Below, one piece after another: positions 1 to 13,660 of a DNA stretch of 64,000 bases. A program made the position numbers and the translations under genes. Position 1 is the stretch's first letter; every line of letters starts with the position of its first letter. This DNA comes from Camelus ferus (taxonomy: Eukaryota). The stretch is from NCBI RefSeq assembly GCF_009834535.1, contig NC_045697.1, forward strand, positions 27,034,001 through 27,098,000. Reading direction: 5' to 3'. The notes under the pieces were generated by a model. The model searched no databases and was not told the origin of the DNA. It saw nothing but the letters and a program-made list of their open reading frames with translations.

Positions 1-392
1 GGCCTGATTTCAATATTGTTGTCTCAGGGAATAGGGAGGCTGGAGCAAAGGGATAGAGGTGGGGAAATGGCCGGAACACACACGGTTTATCAGTTTAGTT
101 CGCAGTCCCACATGGCTGCAGTCTGGAACCGCAAAACAACCACAGTAGTAAGATCAAAGATAACTGGTCACAGGTCACCACAACAAATATAATAAAAAAA
201 GTTTGAAATGTTGCAAGGATTACCAAAACGTGACAGAGAGACACAAAGTGAGCAAATGCTTTTGGAAAAATCGTGCCAATAGGCTCGCTTGATGCAGGGT
301 TGCCACAAACTTTCAATTTGTAAAAACAAAACAAAACAAACAAAAAACCACACAGTTATCTGCAAAGCACAACAAAACAATATATTCCTGTT
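1..392 (-). mobile_element. Tigger1 (TcMar-Tigger) DNA transposon, 5' terminal fragment
   Basis: Reverse complement matches the recalled Tigger1 5' end (TTTTTACAAATTGAAAGTTTGTGGCAACCCTGCATCAAGC...CATTTGCTCACTTTGTGTCTCTCTGTCAC). Degenerate TIR near 381-392. Confidence 0.8.
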
Positions 393-519
393 CTATAATC
401 CAAGGCAGAAAGTGACCTGAGCCATCCAACAGGTTAAAGATTCTATAGAAATTAAAAGAATGGAGTAATTACCTTTCATTATTTTTTGTTTATTTAGTCC
501 TTTTTTTTTTTTTAGCAAT

Positions 520-659
520 TCTTTGTTTGTTTGTTTGTTTGCTGTTGTTGTTGTTTTGCAGGGAGGTAATTAGGTTTATTTTTTAATGGAGGCCCTAGAA
601 ATTGAACCCAGGACTCGTGCATGCTAAGCAGGTACTCCGTCACTGAGCTATACCCTCCC
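520..659 (-). mobile_element. tRNA-derived SINE, camelid Vic-1 type
   Basis: Minus strand reads GGGAGGGTATAGCTCAGTG...CTTAGCATGCACGAG-TCCTGGGTTCAAT...AAATAAACCTAATTACCTCCC, with A-box, B-box and A-rich tail. Four similar copies occur elsewhere in the window. Confidence 0.85.
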
Positions 660-3600
660 GCAGGAATTGTTGTTTCTTTTTTTAAGTATTCATGGAGGAA
701 GTGATGTGTGAAATAAATTTTGAAGGATCAGTAGAATTTTGTAAAATACCAGTGGGCACGGAGGCATACCAACTGGGGAAACTAATACGTGGAAAGACAT
801 AGAACAAGAAAAAGTATACGTAGGCATGTTTCCGCATGTTTAGAAAACAGTGAAAAACCCAGATTGGCTGGAAATAGGAGTGGCTAGAGGAGTTTCAGGG
901 ATAACCTGGGAAGGCCGTTGGTACCGTATTGCAGAGGGCCTTGAATGCTTAGCTGGGGACGTTAAAGACTGGTCAGAAGTGCAGAGCCACTTAAGGCTTT
1001 TTTTTTTTTAACACCTTTATTGTGGTATGGTTCCTGTACCATAAACTACGCATATTTCAGATGCACAGTTTGATGAATTTTGATGGATGTGCACAACACC
1101 ACTGAGATCACTACCACAATCAAGATCGCTAACTTGGGACTGGGCTAAGAGCATTTCTCTAAAAGTTTTTTCTGTATATAGTGAATTATGCTAGTAATCA
1201 CAGAGACATTGGTAAAAATTTAAACATTTGCTTTACTTTCTCAAATTCTGTACATCATGATTTTCATAATGAGCAAAACTATCTTCTAAATTAAGTATTT
1301 TATTGAACTTTATTAAGCATGTAATCACTGAAACTTTTGATTGTTTGATATGTCTCCAAGAAGCAAATTCCTTGAATTATTTTTCTGCTTAGTTGAAACT
1401 TTAGCCATCAGAGAAGAGGTGTATTGTTATGTAATGTTTATCAGCAGCAATAACTAACAGCAGCTTTTGGTTACTGAGCAATTCCAACATGCCAAGCACG
1501 TGATAAACAGTTTTCAGGATGTGCCATTTAAATCTTACTACAATCTCATTTTATAGATGAAACACTGACACTTGGGTAAATTGTTAATCGATTGTGAATT
1601 GATTGTTAATTGAGTGTCAGTTGCTGGGCTGCAAACTCAGGCCTGGCAAATTTCAAAGTTTTTGTGGCCAGGAACTCCATTCCCCTACATCCCTGCCTGG
1701 CGCCCATCAGGAAACTTTCGAGATACAACTTGGCCAGGAGAAGGAGGCAACTTGCAGACCTCCGTTTTCACTTTTTTTTTTTTTTTTTTGGTTGCAGGGA
1801 GAGAAGCTAAACTTCTAGAGAAATCTAATGGACAATCTCCACAGCAGGTGAGCTGTTCTCTTTTTTATGCATTGGGGGAAAAGTCTGTTCTTTGCACTTT
1901 CTGTTAAGTTTTCTATTTCTCGGTCTTTTACCACAGTTCTTATTACCTGAAACATTAAAGCCAGTAGACAGAGCAGTCCCCAAAGTTTACTTCTTTCTGA
2001 CTCATGCAGGTTTGAGTAGAATTCTGTTATTTAATTTTTACTTCTGTTGTTTTGGGGATCCAATTCTAAAATGTGCACCATTCGGCATGACGCATCTAAG
2101 TCTTCGCACTGAAAGATTCACAACACGGGGCTGAAACAAGAAGGCTGAGGATTACCTTGCTTGAGCTCAGCGAGAAATGTGCCCCTCAGACCGTTCAAAT
2201 TTGTCACCACTGCACATGTCCAGAAATGACCCCCAAAGCACAGCACATGTTAATTTGGGAGTTACAAATAAATTTTAGCCAGTAGATAAATTCACCAATA
2301 TGGAATCCGCAAATAATGAGGACTGATTGTACATATGTGCAAAGCCAGGTGGATGAACCCCTGGCACGTAAGAAGTTCTATGTAAGTTTACTCTCTGTAT
2401 CATCATCTTCATCATTCTCTGTTATTAAATACCCCACGGGTCTCAGATGCCTTTGAAAAGTTTTCAGCAGGGACATGATAAGATTCAGATGTGTGTCCTA
2501 AAATAAATCACATGACTTCTGTGTGGCCAGTGTATTAGAAGACACAGAGTGATGCAGGCAATGAGAGGATACTGCAGTCATTCAGGTAAGAAAGAAATGA
2601 TGATGTCTGGGGACAGGGCAGTAGCAGCACACACGGAGAGAAAAGGGCAGGCCTGAGACAGAGTGTGTGTGGTGGCATCCCCCGGAGTGTGGCCTGGAAC
2701 CCACTGGCACCATCATTACCTTGTGGCTTTGGCCGCAAGTCTTCTCCTGTCTTCCCAAGATTACTCAGGTTTTCCTTGCCTTAGGTAACATTCTGCATAA
2801 TGTACTTTAATCTCACACTTTTAACACTCCACTAGTCATCTACTTATACATCTGTCTTCCTTGCTAGACGGTGACTTCTTTTCACACCCCTGGAATCGAG
2901 TTCGGGACTTGCACATAGTAGGTGCTCAGGAAGTATGTGCTGCATGAATGGGTGGTGAGCCCTTTAACAAACAGCCGAGATCGCTGCCTCTTTGTGTTTC
3001 TATGACTGGCAGAGTGTCTTGTCCTCAGTTAGGTGCCCATGGATATTTGAGGCTTCAGAACCATGCTCAGTCTTTTCAAGTGCAAAATCTATTTTTCCTA
3101 TACTTCAAAGGAACATTGAGGTCCCAATTCCACACCCATAGGGTCATCCGCAAGCATGGGACAGTCTGTGTTCTCTTGTCACCTGCCCAGTCCATGCCTC
3201 CAGCCTTGAGTCCAGAAGCACATACATAAAGTAAGGTGGCTGGGTGGGATGGTCACTAAGATTCGCTGAGGTTTGGGCACTCTAGGACCCTGGAAATTGC
3301 CCAGAACTAGTTCATTCCAAGCATCTATCATTATTTGCAGCTTTACAAGACGATGGTATATAAACTTCTCTCCACTTCGCCTCCTCTACAACCCCCTCTT
3401 CATTTCCAGAGCTTAACTTTTTCTAACTGCTTCATATTTCTTCCAGACTTCTCCCACCTCCCAGATAAGGCTACTTACCCACCGTAGAGACATACCCTGT
3501 GTTGGAGACATGCCTGATTCCTGTGGGACTCCAGGGAGGATTTGGTCAGAACATCACCCATTTCTATTCACAGCTTCTAGAAGTGACTAGGCCAGTAGTT

Positions 3601-4903
3601 AAAGAATATTCTCGTGGACGATGGCCACGAACAGGAGAGCAGCCAACATCTATTAGGAACCCACTACTTGCCAGACACATGTGGCTAGGCCTACCACGTG
3701 TGTAAACCATGTGATTCTCATAGGAACCCTGCTCAATTAGATGTTACTGTTTCCCCACCTAATGGCTGGCAAAGCTGAGATTCAGAGAAGTTAAGCAGCT
3801 TACTCCAGGTCATCCAGCTTTGAACACCCTCTCCATGCCCTGTCCTATGTCAGGTATGCAGCAACGGCAACCTGTACTTTAGGCAGCACCAAAAAATTTT
3901 TGCAGAGTCCACTGCTGTTCTGTATATTACTTAGTAACTTAGCTAGAAAGCCTTTCTAGGCAAGGTCCAGCCAGGAATGGGAACTCAGGGACATTATAGT
4001 TAGTAGGTTATGTGGGTACTGGAAGAGCTGGGAAACCAAATGAGATGGTGAGGCAACACAGAGATGGTTTATAATGAACTGCATCTCATTTGATGTAGTC
4101 AGAAGCCTACTCCAGGAATTTACAGTCCAGAGAACAGGTGCATGGCTTCTCAAACTTTTCCCCTAAAACAGTTCCCACCAAGGGTACAAGAAGAGGAAAC
4201 TCGTCTAGAGGGCTGGCTGCAAGCTACCAACAGAATTTGAAATTTTCTGTAAAATTTGCCTTCTGTTTAATTCTAATAACTCACGCAAATTTCACCTTTT
4301 CAAACCCAATATTCTGAATTTATCTTAAATAAAAATAATGGGTTTCTTTCCCCAAAACCTTCAAATTGGGCCATATTTATTTTATGACTTATCTTTACCT
4401 CCTAGTTCATGGCCACGTACCCCCATCCAGAAGATGTGGCCCCAAAACAGCTCACACCACATGTAGCCCACGGGGTCTGGGGGAGCACAAGGATGGCCAC
4501 AGGGAAGCACCGTGAAACAGGCCCAGTGGCATCAGATCTAACCCTTCCACACCCCACAGGCTCCTTCGTCCCCCAGCCTCTGCCACAGAATTATTGTCCA
4601 GACACACAGGTCCCATTTATGTGAAAAGAGGTGTCTATAGAATTATAGGAATCCTTTGACCCCACCACCGTCTGGCCAGACTACAGAGTAACCAGCCAAC
4701 GCTGGAGGAAACCCTGCCACAAGGTGGTACCGTGGCCACCAGGACTTAAAGGTGACAATAGTTGTCTGAATATTTACCACATCACCTACTCCTTAATTTT
4801 GCCACATGGCAAAGCACCTACAGGATTTGTGCCCTAATTCACGTGTTCAAGGTCTTTCCCACACCAAGTCCCTCCCTTGAAATTAAATTAAATAACCAGT
4901 ATA

Positions 4904-4922
4904 TACTGCCATCTGGTGGCGA
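4904..4922 (-). promoter_or_regulatory. Predicted CTCF binding site
   Basis: Minus strand TCGCCACCAGATGGCAGTA matches the CTCF core CCASYAGRKGGC exactly. Motif only, no binding data. Confidence 0.55.
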
Positions 4923-5221
4923 ATAGATGAAACCACACCTGTGAAATTCTGTCAGCCAAAATCAGTTCTCTTTTGCAAAAGCTGTTTGATCACAAGCTGC
5001 TTCTTATTGTGTAATCCAGCAGATTCAAAAACAACAGAACCTCCTAAGAGGGATTATTTTAATATAATAGGAAATATTATATAATATCTAAATATAATAT
5101 ATAATCAGGAGATACAAATAATAATGAAAATAAAAACAGCATTAATAATAGCTGTGCTGTAGTACTTTCTAAGTTTTATATCCATTTATTTATCTATAAC
5201 ATACTGGCTTCCAACCTTTGT

Positions 5222-5925
5222 AGATGGTTGGTGGGAATGTAAGTTGGTGCAGCCCCTGTGGAAAACAGTATGGAGGCTCCTCAAAAACTAAAAATAGAGC
5301 TACCATATGATCCAACAGTTCTACTCCTGGGCATATATTTGAAGAAAACAAAAACATTAATTTAAAAAGATACATGCACGCCAGTGTTCAGAGCAGCACT
5401 ATTTACAATAGCCAAGACAGGGAAGCAACCTAACTGTCCATCAACAAATGAATGGATAAAGATGGTGTGATTTATATACATAACAGTATATTACTCAGCC
5501 ATAAAAAAAAAGAAATTCTGCCATTTATAACAACATGGATGGACCTAGAGAGTATGATGCTTAGTGAAAGAAATCAGACAGAGAAAGACAGATCCTGTAT
5601 GATACCACTTATATGTGAACTCTAAAAAGTAAACGAATGAATATAACAAAACGGAACAAACTCAGATTTAGAAAACAAGCTAGTGGTTACGAATGGGGAG
5701 AGAGGAGGGTGGAGGGGCAAGATAATGGTATGGGATTAAAGCTACTATGTATAAAATAGATAAGCAATGAGAATGTATTGTACAGCACGAGGAAAATAAC
5801 CATTATTTTTTGATAACTTTTAATGAAGTATAATCTATAAAATACTGAATCACTATGCTGTATACCTGAAAATAATATAATATTGTAAATCAACTTCAAT
5901 TACTTCAATTAAAAATAATAAATAA
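5222..5925 (+). mobile_element. 5'-truncated LINE-1 (ORF2 end plus 3' UTR)
   Basis: Typical L1 motifs GGTGGGAATGTAAGTTGGTGCAGCC, GAGCTACCATATGATCCA and ACAACATGGATGGACCTAGAG, ending in an A-rich tail. Degenerate flanking duplication near 5199-5219 and 5924-5943. Confidence 0.9.
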
Positions 5926-6029
5926 AATACTGCTTTCCACCTTAAAGGGTTATTGTAAAGTTGAAATGAATGAATACATGAAAGTTTCTAAGACTGTACT
6001 TGATGCATGTTAAACACTCAAATCTTAAC

Positions 6030-6280
6030 TACTTATAATCGTTAATAAGCCCTGGCAGGATGCCAGGCATTATAGTAAATGCCATACATACTTCTGCCTC
6101 ATTTAATTTTCAAAACAATCCTGATAAGCAGGAATTGTTATCATTCCCATTTTGCAGATTAGACAGCTAAAGGTCACAGATGCTGAGAAATTTGCCTAGA
6201 GGTCACAAAGCTAAAAATGGTGGAGGTGGGATTGGAACCCACAACTCTGACCCTAATTTGCCCATTTAACCACTATGCTG
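6030..6280 (-). mobile_element. MIR SINE
   Basis: MIR core signature ATCATTCCCATTTTGCAGAT...TTTGCCTAGAGGTCACA...GGGATTGGAACCC. Confidence 0.65.
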
Positions 6281-6356
6281 AATTGCTGGTGTGGGGTGAT
6301 AAATCTCAAATGTTTATATCAGTTCCATCCCACCCTACACACACATACCCAGCCCC

Positions 6357-6357
<1 letters not shown>

Positions 6358-6401
<44 letters not shown>
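6358..6401. repeat. (CA)n microsatellite
   Basis: About 22 perfect CA units. Confidence 0.95.
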
Positions 6402-6403
<2 letters not shown>

Positions 6404-8639
6404 CTCCGTGCTCATCTGCTCATAGAGTCTGCCATTCCTGCCCCCAAGCTGAGTCCTCACCCTTCCTGAGGAAGTTGCTGTTACACACTCTCTCCCCATC
6501 TCAAGGCTCCAGGGTGCTGGCCAGCAGTTCCCTCTGACAAAGAAGCCACAGAGAATTTTTCCAAAGAGCTGCAGTCAGGAGGGAATGAGATGGAGGACTT
6601 GGGGCCTGAAGGGAGGAAACAGGAGGAGAAGATTTGTGCATTCAGTCAGAATCATGGGTTGGGGTGAGTGTGGACTTGGGACCCAAACGCACAGCATCAG
6701 TATTGGGATGCAGGTAGTTTACAAACCACTGAGCTGGGCTCCCCACCTGCAAAAGGGTCCTGTTGGCGCTGCCTTGCCTCAGTGTTCAATGAGGAAACAG
6801 TGTGGGAGCCAAACTGGGTGGAGGGTCTATGAGGGGAGTAACTCCCTTCATGGACTCACCACTTGGACTGCTAGATTTGGAAGAGGGCTTCTATGTCATG
6901 GACTCGGGCAGAGGAAGAAACTGAGCCATCAAGAGATGACACAACTTTGCCACATCTGTGTGGCTGGTGATGGAGCCATTGCTAGGACATGAACTTCTTA
7001 CACCTGGCATGGATTCTGCCCGGCTGAGCTCACCCAAGTACCAACCACCATCTGACAATATGAGTTTGGGGCACAAAACCCCTCCTGATCATTAGGACTG
7101 TCATTTCAATAGTTGTTTTTCCCAAAGTTCCACAAAACACAAGTTCTGTTGGTTGTTACTGTCTTTTACTGGGGGAAAAAAAGTTCTGTGGTTAAAAAAT
7201 TTGGGGAAATACTGGGTTGAACATGGTGACATTGTTCTTTTTCATAACTATGAATGAGTTCATCTTTAAATCTCTGCTATTCCCAAACCTATTTGACCAG
7301 GGGGCCCTTTGGCAGGGGAGGAGGGTGGACATTTGAACACATCTCGGCATAGATATCCCATCCACCCCAGTTCTGGGTGATGCTGACAAGTGTATTGTAG
7401 CACACTGACTATTGAGAACACATCAAATGGACTGTTTGATGGTGCTGATAACAAAAGTCTTCGTATAGTCTTTCAGTTTCTCCAAAATCACTGCAGTTCA
7501 GCCCCTCTTTAGGAGAAAGGGGAACACACCAGAAAATTTTGTTCCAGAGAGTTTTCAAAGCCTGCACAGAAAGGAGGAAATGGTTCTGCTGAGGAAGGAG
7601 ATTGGGTAGTCAAGAATTATCTTCTTATCCTTTTTCCACTATAGATTCTGTACCATCTATGAAGTTGGGCAGGCAGTCTTTAATTTATTTTATAAAGCGC
7701 CTGGTGGTTTCTGCAGTTCCTGGTAGTTATTTTTATCCATCCCTCTTTCGTCCAAGAGGTCCATACCCAGAAGTGACTCGCTAAATATTTTTCAGCTTCA
7801 CCTGCTGGCCAGGTTAAGGTGAAATCCCAGACTGTTTTCTAAACATTGACAAGTTGATTTATCAAAATGGAGTTGAAATTTAAGTGTTTAGTTTTATTCT
7901 GTCTCTCTTCCAAGAACTCCAACTTCCGTCAACTCAAATCACTTCCCAGCAGCTGCTCTGAAAGCCCATTGACTGGAGCCCTGGAAACGGGACATCCTTG
8001 ACCCTTGGAGTTACATGAAGAAGGCTTTGCTGTTTCCCACGCTGCGAAGGGGAACCACAGTCCTCCCATCTCTCTCAGCTCAAGTCATGTACTTGGCTTT
8101 TGGTTTTGGACCACTGGGTGGAGTGAGATTTGATCGTGGGAAGGGATAGACCTTCTTTTGGAATCACTTATAAAATCTCACACTCAGCATTCATTCATTC
8201 GCACCCGTCACTCACCTGTCATTCCTTCACTTGAATACCAGGCCTGACGTGCTCTGTGCGAGCAAGATACTGCCCTGGGTTAGGCATTGCCTGTGGGGGG
8301 CTTGCGTTCAGGAAGGGAGCAGACAGCTGAGCAACACTAGAGAACCCGACTCTGAGTGCCTCTCCAAGAGGGGGCAGCCCGAGGACAGGAAACATCTTCT
8401 TTGTCTTTGGAGTTCTAATGCCCGGGACTGGCTATTGAAGAAAGGTGTTTAGTACGGACTCAGAATGGCAGCTCCTCTCCAAGGCCTTTCCCCATGTGCT
8501 TCTTTATAGGGAATCACTTAATAGCAGTGGTTTCCTGTAGGTTTTAGGTCCTAGCCCAGGAACCAGCAGAACGAGAACTAGACCTGACATCAGATTAGTG
8601 CTTTTTTTTTTTTCAACTTTCCCGCTTTTTTCCCTTTTA

Positions 8640-10260
8640 GCTTTTGATTTTGACATCATGTCAGACTTACTGAACAAGAAAAGTACAAAGAACCCTCATA
8701 TACTCAGTCCCCAAATGTTAACATTTACCATGTTGCTCTATTCTTCTTTCTGTCTCTTCATACACTCACACACAATTTTATCCTGAATCATTTTAATATG
8801 TTACAGATACCATGCCCCTCTGTTCCTAAATACTTCACTGTGAATTTCCTAAGAACATGTAACCCCAGTACAATGATCAAAATCAGGACACTAACGTTGA
8901 CCGAATACTACTGCCTAATCTACAGACCTTATTCAGCTTCACCGTCATTTCAATAACGACCTCTTCCAAAAAGATCCTGCCTAGCATTCAACTGTCGTGT
9001 CTGTTTAGTCTGGAATAGTTCCTCAGTCTGTCTTTATTTTTTATAACATTGTATTTTTTAACTTTAAATTTTTTGTTTCTATAAGGTTTTTTTTAATTTA
9101 CTTTTTCTAGGTTTTTTAAAGGTTACTTTCCATTTACAGTTATTATGAAATATTGGCTGTGTTCCCCACGTTGTACAATAGATCCTTGAGCCCATCTCAC
9201 ACCCAGTATTTGGACCTCCCACTAGTCCACCCCTATAGTGCCCCACCCCTCCCATAACCACTGGTTTGTTCTCTGTATCTGTGAGTCTGCGTCCCTTATG
9301 TTATATTGACTAGTTTGTTCGTTTTTTTATTCCACATATAAGTGATATCACACGATATTTATCTTTCTCTATCTGACTTATTTCACTTAGCATAGTAGCC
9401 TCTGAGTCCATCCATGTTGCTGCAAATGGCAAATGTTGTTCTTTCTTATGACTGAGTAATATTCCATTGTATATAAATACCACATCTCCTTTATCCAGTC
9501 ATCTGCTGGTGGACATGTAGGTTGTTTCCATATCTTGGCTATTATAAATAATGCTGTTATGAACATTGGGGTGCATGTATCTTTTTGAATTAATGCTTTG
9601 CTTTTTTTTTTGGATATATACCCAAGAGAAGAATTGCTGGGTCATATGGTAATAACATTTCATTTTTTAAAAGAGTAGAGACCTGTTGTTTTGCAGAACA
9701 TCCCTCAGTTTGGGTTTGACTGATGTTGCCTCCTACTTCAATCCAGATTATGCTCCTTCGGCAGAAAACTGCAGAAGTGACGCTGAGTTCTCAGTGCGTC
9801 ACATCAGAGTCAGAGGTAGCTGATTAGTCTCATTACTCGTGATGCTATCTTTGATGATTTGATTAAGGTGCTGTGAGCCCAGTTTCTCCGCTATAAAGAT
9901 ACTCCTTTACCCCCAAGCGTGTGGTGGGAGGATACTTTGAGACTGAATGCCCCATCCTCCTCAGACTTTCACAAACTAGTCTCAGCATCCATAGATGATT
10001 CTTGCTTGAATCAGTTATTACTGGGATGGTTGTCAAATGGTGATTTCTCTAGTTCCATTATTCCTGGCTTTCTATTTGTAAGTCAGAGCTCTCCCTTTGA
10101 AAAATGTATATCCTCTGGATCCATAGATCCTTGTTTTATTCAGTGGATTATAATCCTTTACATTAATGTTTATTCCAATGTTCCAGTTCCTGATTTGGCC
10201 AGGAGAACCCCTACAAGCTGGCTCCTGTGTCCATGTGACCTGCCCCTGTCATTCCTTAAG
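8640..10260 (-). mobile_element. Old L1MC-type LINE-1 3' region, interrupted by a younger L1
   Basis: L1MC-like motifs (AGTACAAAGAACCCTCATATAC, AAATCAGGACACTAAC, TCTACAGACCTTATTCA, TTTTGCAGAACATCCCTCAGTTTGGGTTTG) on both sides of the 9062-9651 insert. Confidence 0.6.
9062..9651 (-). mobile_element. 5'-truncated LINE-1 3' end nested in L1MC
   Basis: Antisense L1 motifs TCCACATATAAGTGATATCA and GGGGTGCATGTATCTTTTTGAATT. Near-duplicated flanks ATAACATTGTATTTTTTAA and ATAACATTTCATTTTTTAA. Confidence 0.85.
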
Positions 10261-13200
10261 ATCAGCACTATTCAAAGGCAGCCTTTTGGGGCTAGATGGA
10301 ACCTTTTTCTGTATTCCTTGATTTCCTAATAGGTACTCAGTCAGTTTCTCTGCCTGGTTGAAAAACTCCTGGCTCCCACCCCACTCTGCCCCAATCTCCC
10401 CATTTCTCCCTACCTCCATCACTAACCCCCTGGTGAAACAGGATTTTCCAGCAAGGAGACTTGACTAGTAACTGATGGGGTGTCCGCATGCCCACCTTCA
10501 AACACAGGAATGCTTAATTTCAGCACAAAACACAGAACAAGAGTCAGCCCCCAACGCGTGACTCCAGAAGTGGGCAGGCACCAGCGGTGGATGGACTCAC
10601 CACCCTAATGGTGTTTGCTTTTCTCCTGTGTAAACCACATGATGGTTGCAGAAGATTTGCCCTTTGCTTCGCTGTTGCTCTTTTATCCAAAGAGGAAGCA
10701 AGTTCTGATTCTGCTCAGTAACAGAAGGCACTGGACCGCTGAGTTCTCACCTTTAAGCCAGTTGTTGTCAAAATGAGGGGGAAAGAAAGAAGACAGACTG
10801 CTCGTTTTGAATTTGGTTTTGCTTCAGAAGAGCCTGTATTTTTTCTCCATTTCCATGTATTGCTCTGAATGTGGAATATTTCCTTTTTGCACCTGGGAAA
10901 GGGAAGAATTGCTCACTCAAAGTAAGAAGTGGGTGTGGGAGTGACACGTGAGGAGAGAACTGAATCGAAGTTGATATTAGGAATCATCATATAAGGAAGA
11001 ATAATTGTAGACCTGGGCAGGCAGGAGTTGGGTGTAAATACATTAGTCCCCACCCTTTTCGTCAGCGGTCACTCAACCTTGGACGTTAGAGCCTGTCTCA
11101 CTGAGAGAAGGAATGTCGCTGGGGAAGGAAAACAGGGCGGTGTGAGAGCGGGCAGAAGCTCTGAGCAGGAAGAGGCTGGGGAGAGCGCGGAGCATGGCCC
11201 TCAGGTAGGGGACCTGGTCTGTAGGAACCCCCCGCGGTGCCCCCTAAAGGGAGGCAGTAGGGGTGGGGTGAGGGGACCCGGAAACTTGATTTGAAGGGGC
11301 AGAGCCATCAAAACACCCTTTATAATTACATGGCTTTGAAGAAAAATATAAATCCTGTGGTTTTCCCGGGGAAAGTGGGGGGTGAGGGTGCCAAAGCCAC
11401 AGACGACACATCAGTTCTCTAAGAAACAGAGAAGTGGAGGCTCTCTAGCTGGGCTGTTAGATGTCAGCAGTCACCTCGGTTTCGTGCACACTGCTCGGTG
11501 GCCCTGACAGCAGACGGTGGGGACGGGCTCTCCAGCTACGGCCTGGAGCAGGTGCCCCAGGGTCAGGTTGACCTTGCTCAGCCTCAGAGACTCTGGGAAC
11601 AGCTCAGGGTGTTGCTCAGGATGAGCCTCTTTCTTTCTTTCTTCCTTTCAGAAGAAAACCTTCCCCACCTACCACTCTGGAACCTACCATCCTAAAGTTG
11701 ATTTACCTGATATTTTTCAGTGATTCGTTATCTCACGATTGCTTCAGCGTTATCATGACCTACAGTCTGCCTTCTCTCAGACAAGCCAAAGCTGCCCTTT
11801 TTTTTCCTTTTCTTTGTCTTTTTCTTGCCACCTATCCTCCTGACTATTATTGTTGTCTTTGTTTTTAAACGGAGTCCAAGATAAATAAAAGTACTGTAAG
11901 CGTGGAAAGGGGCCGGATTTTAGAGCAGGTGGGGGAGGGGGAGGGGAGAAGGGGCAGGGGAGGGCTGGTGGGAGAGGAGAGGGGTCGATGGAGGGGAGGA
12001 GGTTGTAGGTGGTGCTCTTGAACCTGTTTGTCCAGCTGATACATGAGTTATTTGCCGACAATGGGCCCGTGGGGAGCAGAGGCTGGGAACAAAATCCGGG
12101 GCTTGGGAGGCAGGGTAATGTCACTGAGAGTGCTTTGAAGATGCAAAAGGTTGGGCACACATGTTACTGGCTAAGCCCCCAATGATGTCTCTCTCTGTGG
12201 AACTCTTGTTGCACCTGGGGTTTGTGTCTGTCACTTGGTGCCACCGTTGATAGAAATATTCCATTTGGCCTTTATTCCAGAAACAAGTGTTACCTGCTGT
12301 TGTTAAAGCTGTTGTTTGTATGTGTGTGTCATGGTAACTAGATGACCTCTTTCTTAGGTGCAAAGCTGCCATCTTTTTTTTTTTTTTCAACATGCTGTAT
12401 CCAGACAGAGCTGAGAAACAAATGTATGCTTATTATGAATTTTAACTTGTATAATCCCCAGCAAGGCTGTGTGGTAGATATATCATTATCCCCATTTACA
12501 GAAGAAATAGCTGAGGCCGAAAGTTTCACAGCAGAGCTGGGACCTGAACCAGATAATCCAGGTGATCTCCCCATCTCAAATCTGTAGTCACATCTGCAAA
12601 GACCTTTTTTGGTCATATGAAGTAGCAGACACAAGTTCCAGAGATTAAGATCTGGATATTGGATGTCTTTTGGGAGGCTATTTTGCAGCCCTCCATAGGA
12701 GGTTATTTGTGGGTTTTATTTATTAATGTAAATCGAGTTTCCTCTAACCACCCAACTAGTCTATACTTCTTAAAAGGCACCAGTCATTTTCTCTGTGGAT
12801 AAAGGCTTATGAAGTATTATCCTGGGAAATTCATCCATGATTGAAAAAAGGAAGGAGAGAGAACAGAGTCCAGCAGTGACACAGCCAGCAATGATGATCC
12901 GCTCTCTGCTGAGCACACGCATCTTCCGGAGACAGAGGGACTGGTGCTTTAGATTCTGTCACTGGCTTGTCTTCTTGAAGGTTGTAGCTCTTAGAAATGG
13001 AAGATGACGTAAAGATTCTTCCACACTAATTTTTAGGATTTTCAGAGAACAGACCAGAACAGCATGGTCGGTTTGACATGAAGAGAAGGTTTTATTCAGA
13101 GAGCAAGCATGAGGGAAAATGCAGCTTGGGAAAGGTCAGGGGACAGTGGGCAAGTTGGAAATGAAAGAAGCACAGACATGAATCTGTGTCCCGCCAGGGA

Positions 13201-13660
13201 GCCCGAAGGGGCGTGTCCTTGAGCTGCGAGAGAGTGGAGACATGGAGACCATCGGTCATAAATGGGATTGGCCCGTGATGGGAAAGGCAAAACAGGAGCC
13301 GTTTAGTCCAGTTGAAGCTTGAGCTGATGAGTCCGGCTGTGACCTCCTCGGGTCTGGACCAGGGAACTCATAGGTCAGCTGCCGCACCTTGACCTTTAAT
13401 ACTGGAGTAGCTAATCCCTCCACTCTCTTACACCACCTGCTGCCACATGGGGACTGGTTACGTCCATGTCCCGCGTAGAGGGCAATGGAAGAGAAAATGC
13501 TCAGATCCTTTTCAATTCCACTGTTCTTCCACCAGCGTTCTTCAACCTGCATTTCCTCATTTGCAAATGGAGATGACATATAGAACTCCCAGGGTTGAGA
13601 AAAAGGTCTGGCACAGAAACAAGTGTCAATTAATGTTTGAAAACTCTGAATTGGTGATTT

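Noticed and set aside
95..380. ORFs of 82 and 70 aa at the window start
   Set aside because: They lie within the non-coding end of a Tigger1 relic.
6217..6537. ORFs with THTHTH repeats
   Set aside because: Translation of the (CA)n microsatellite.
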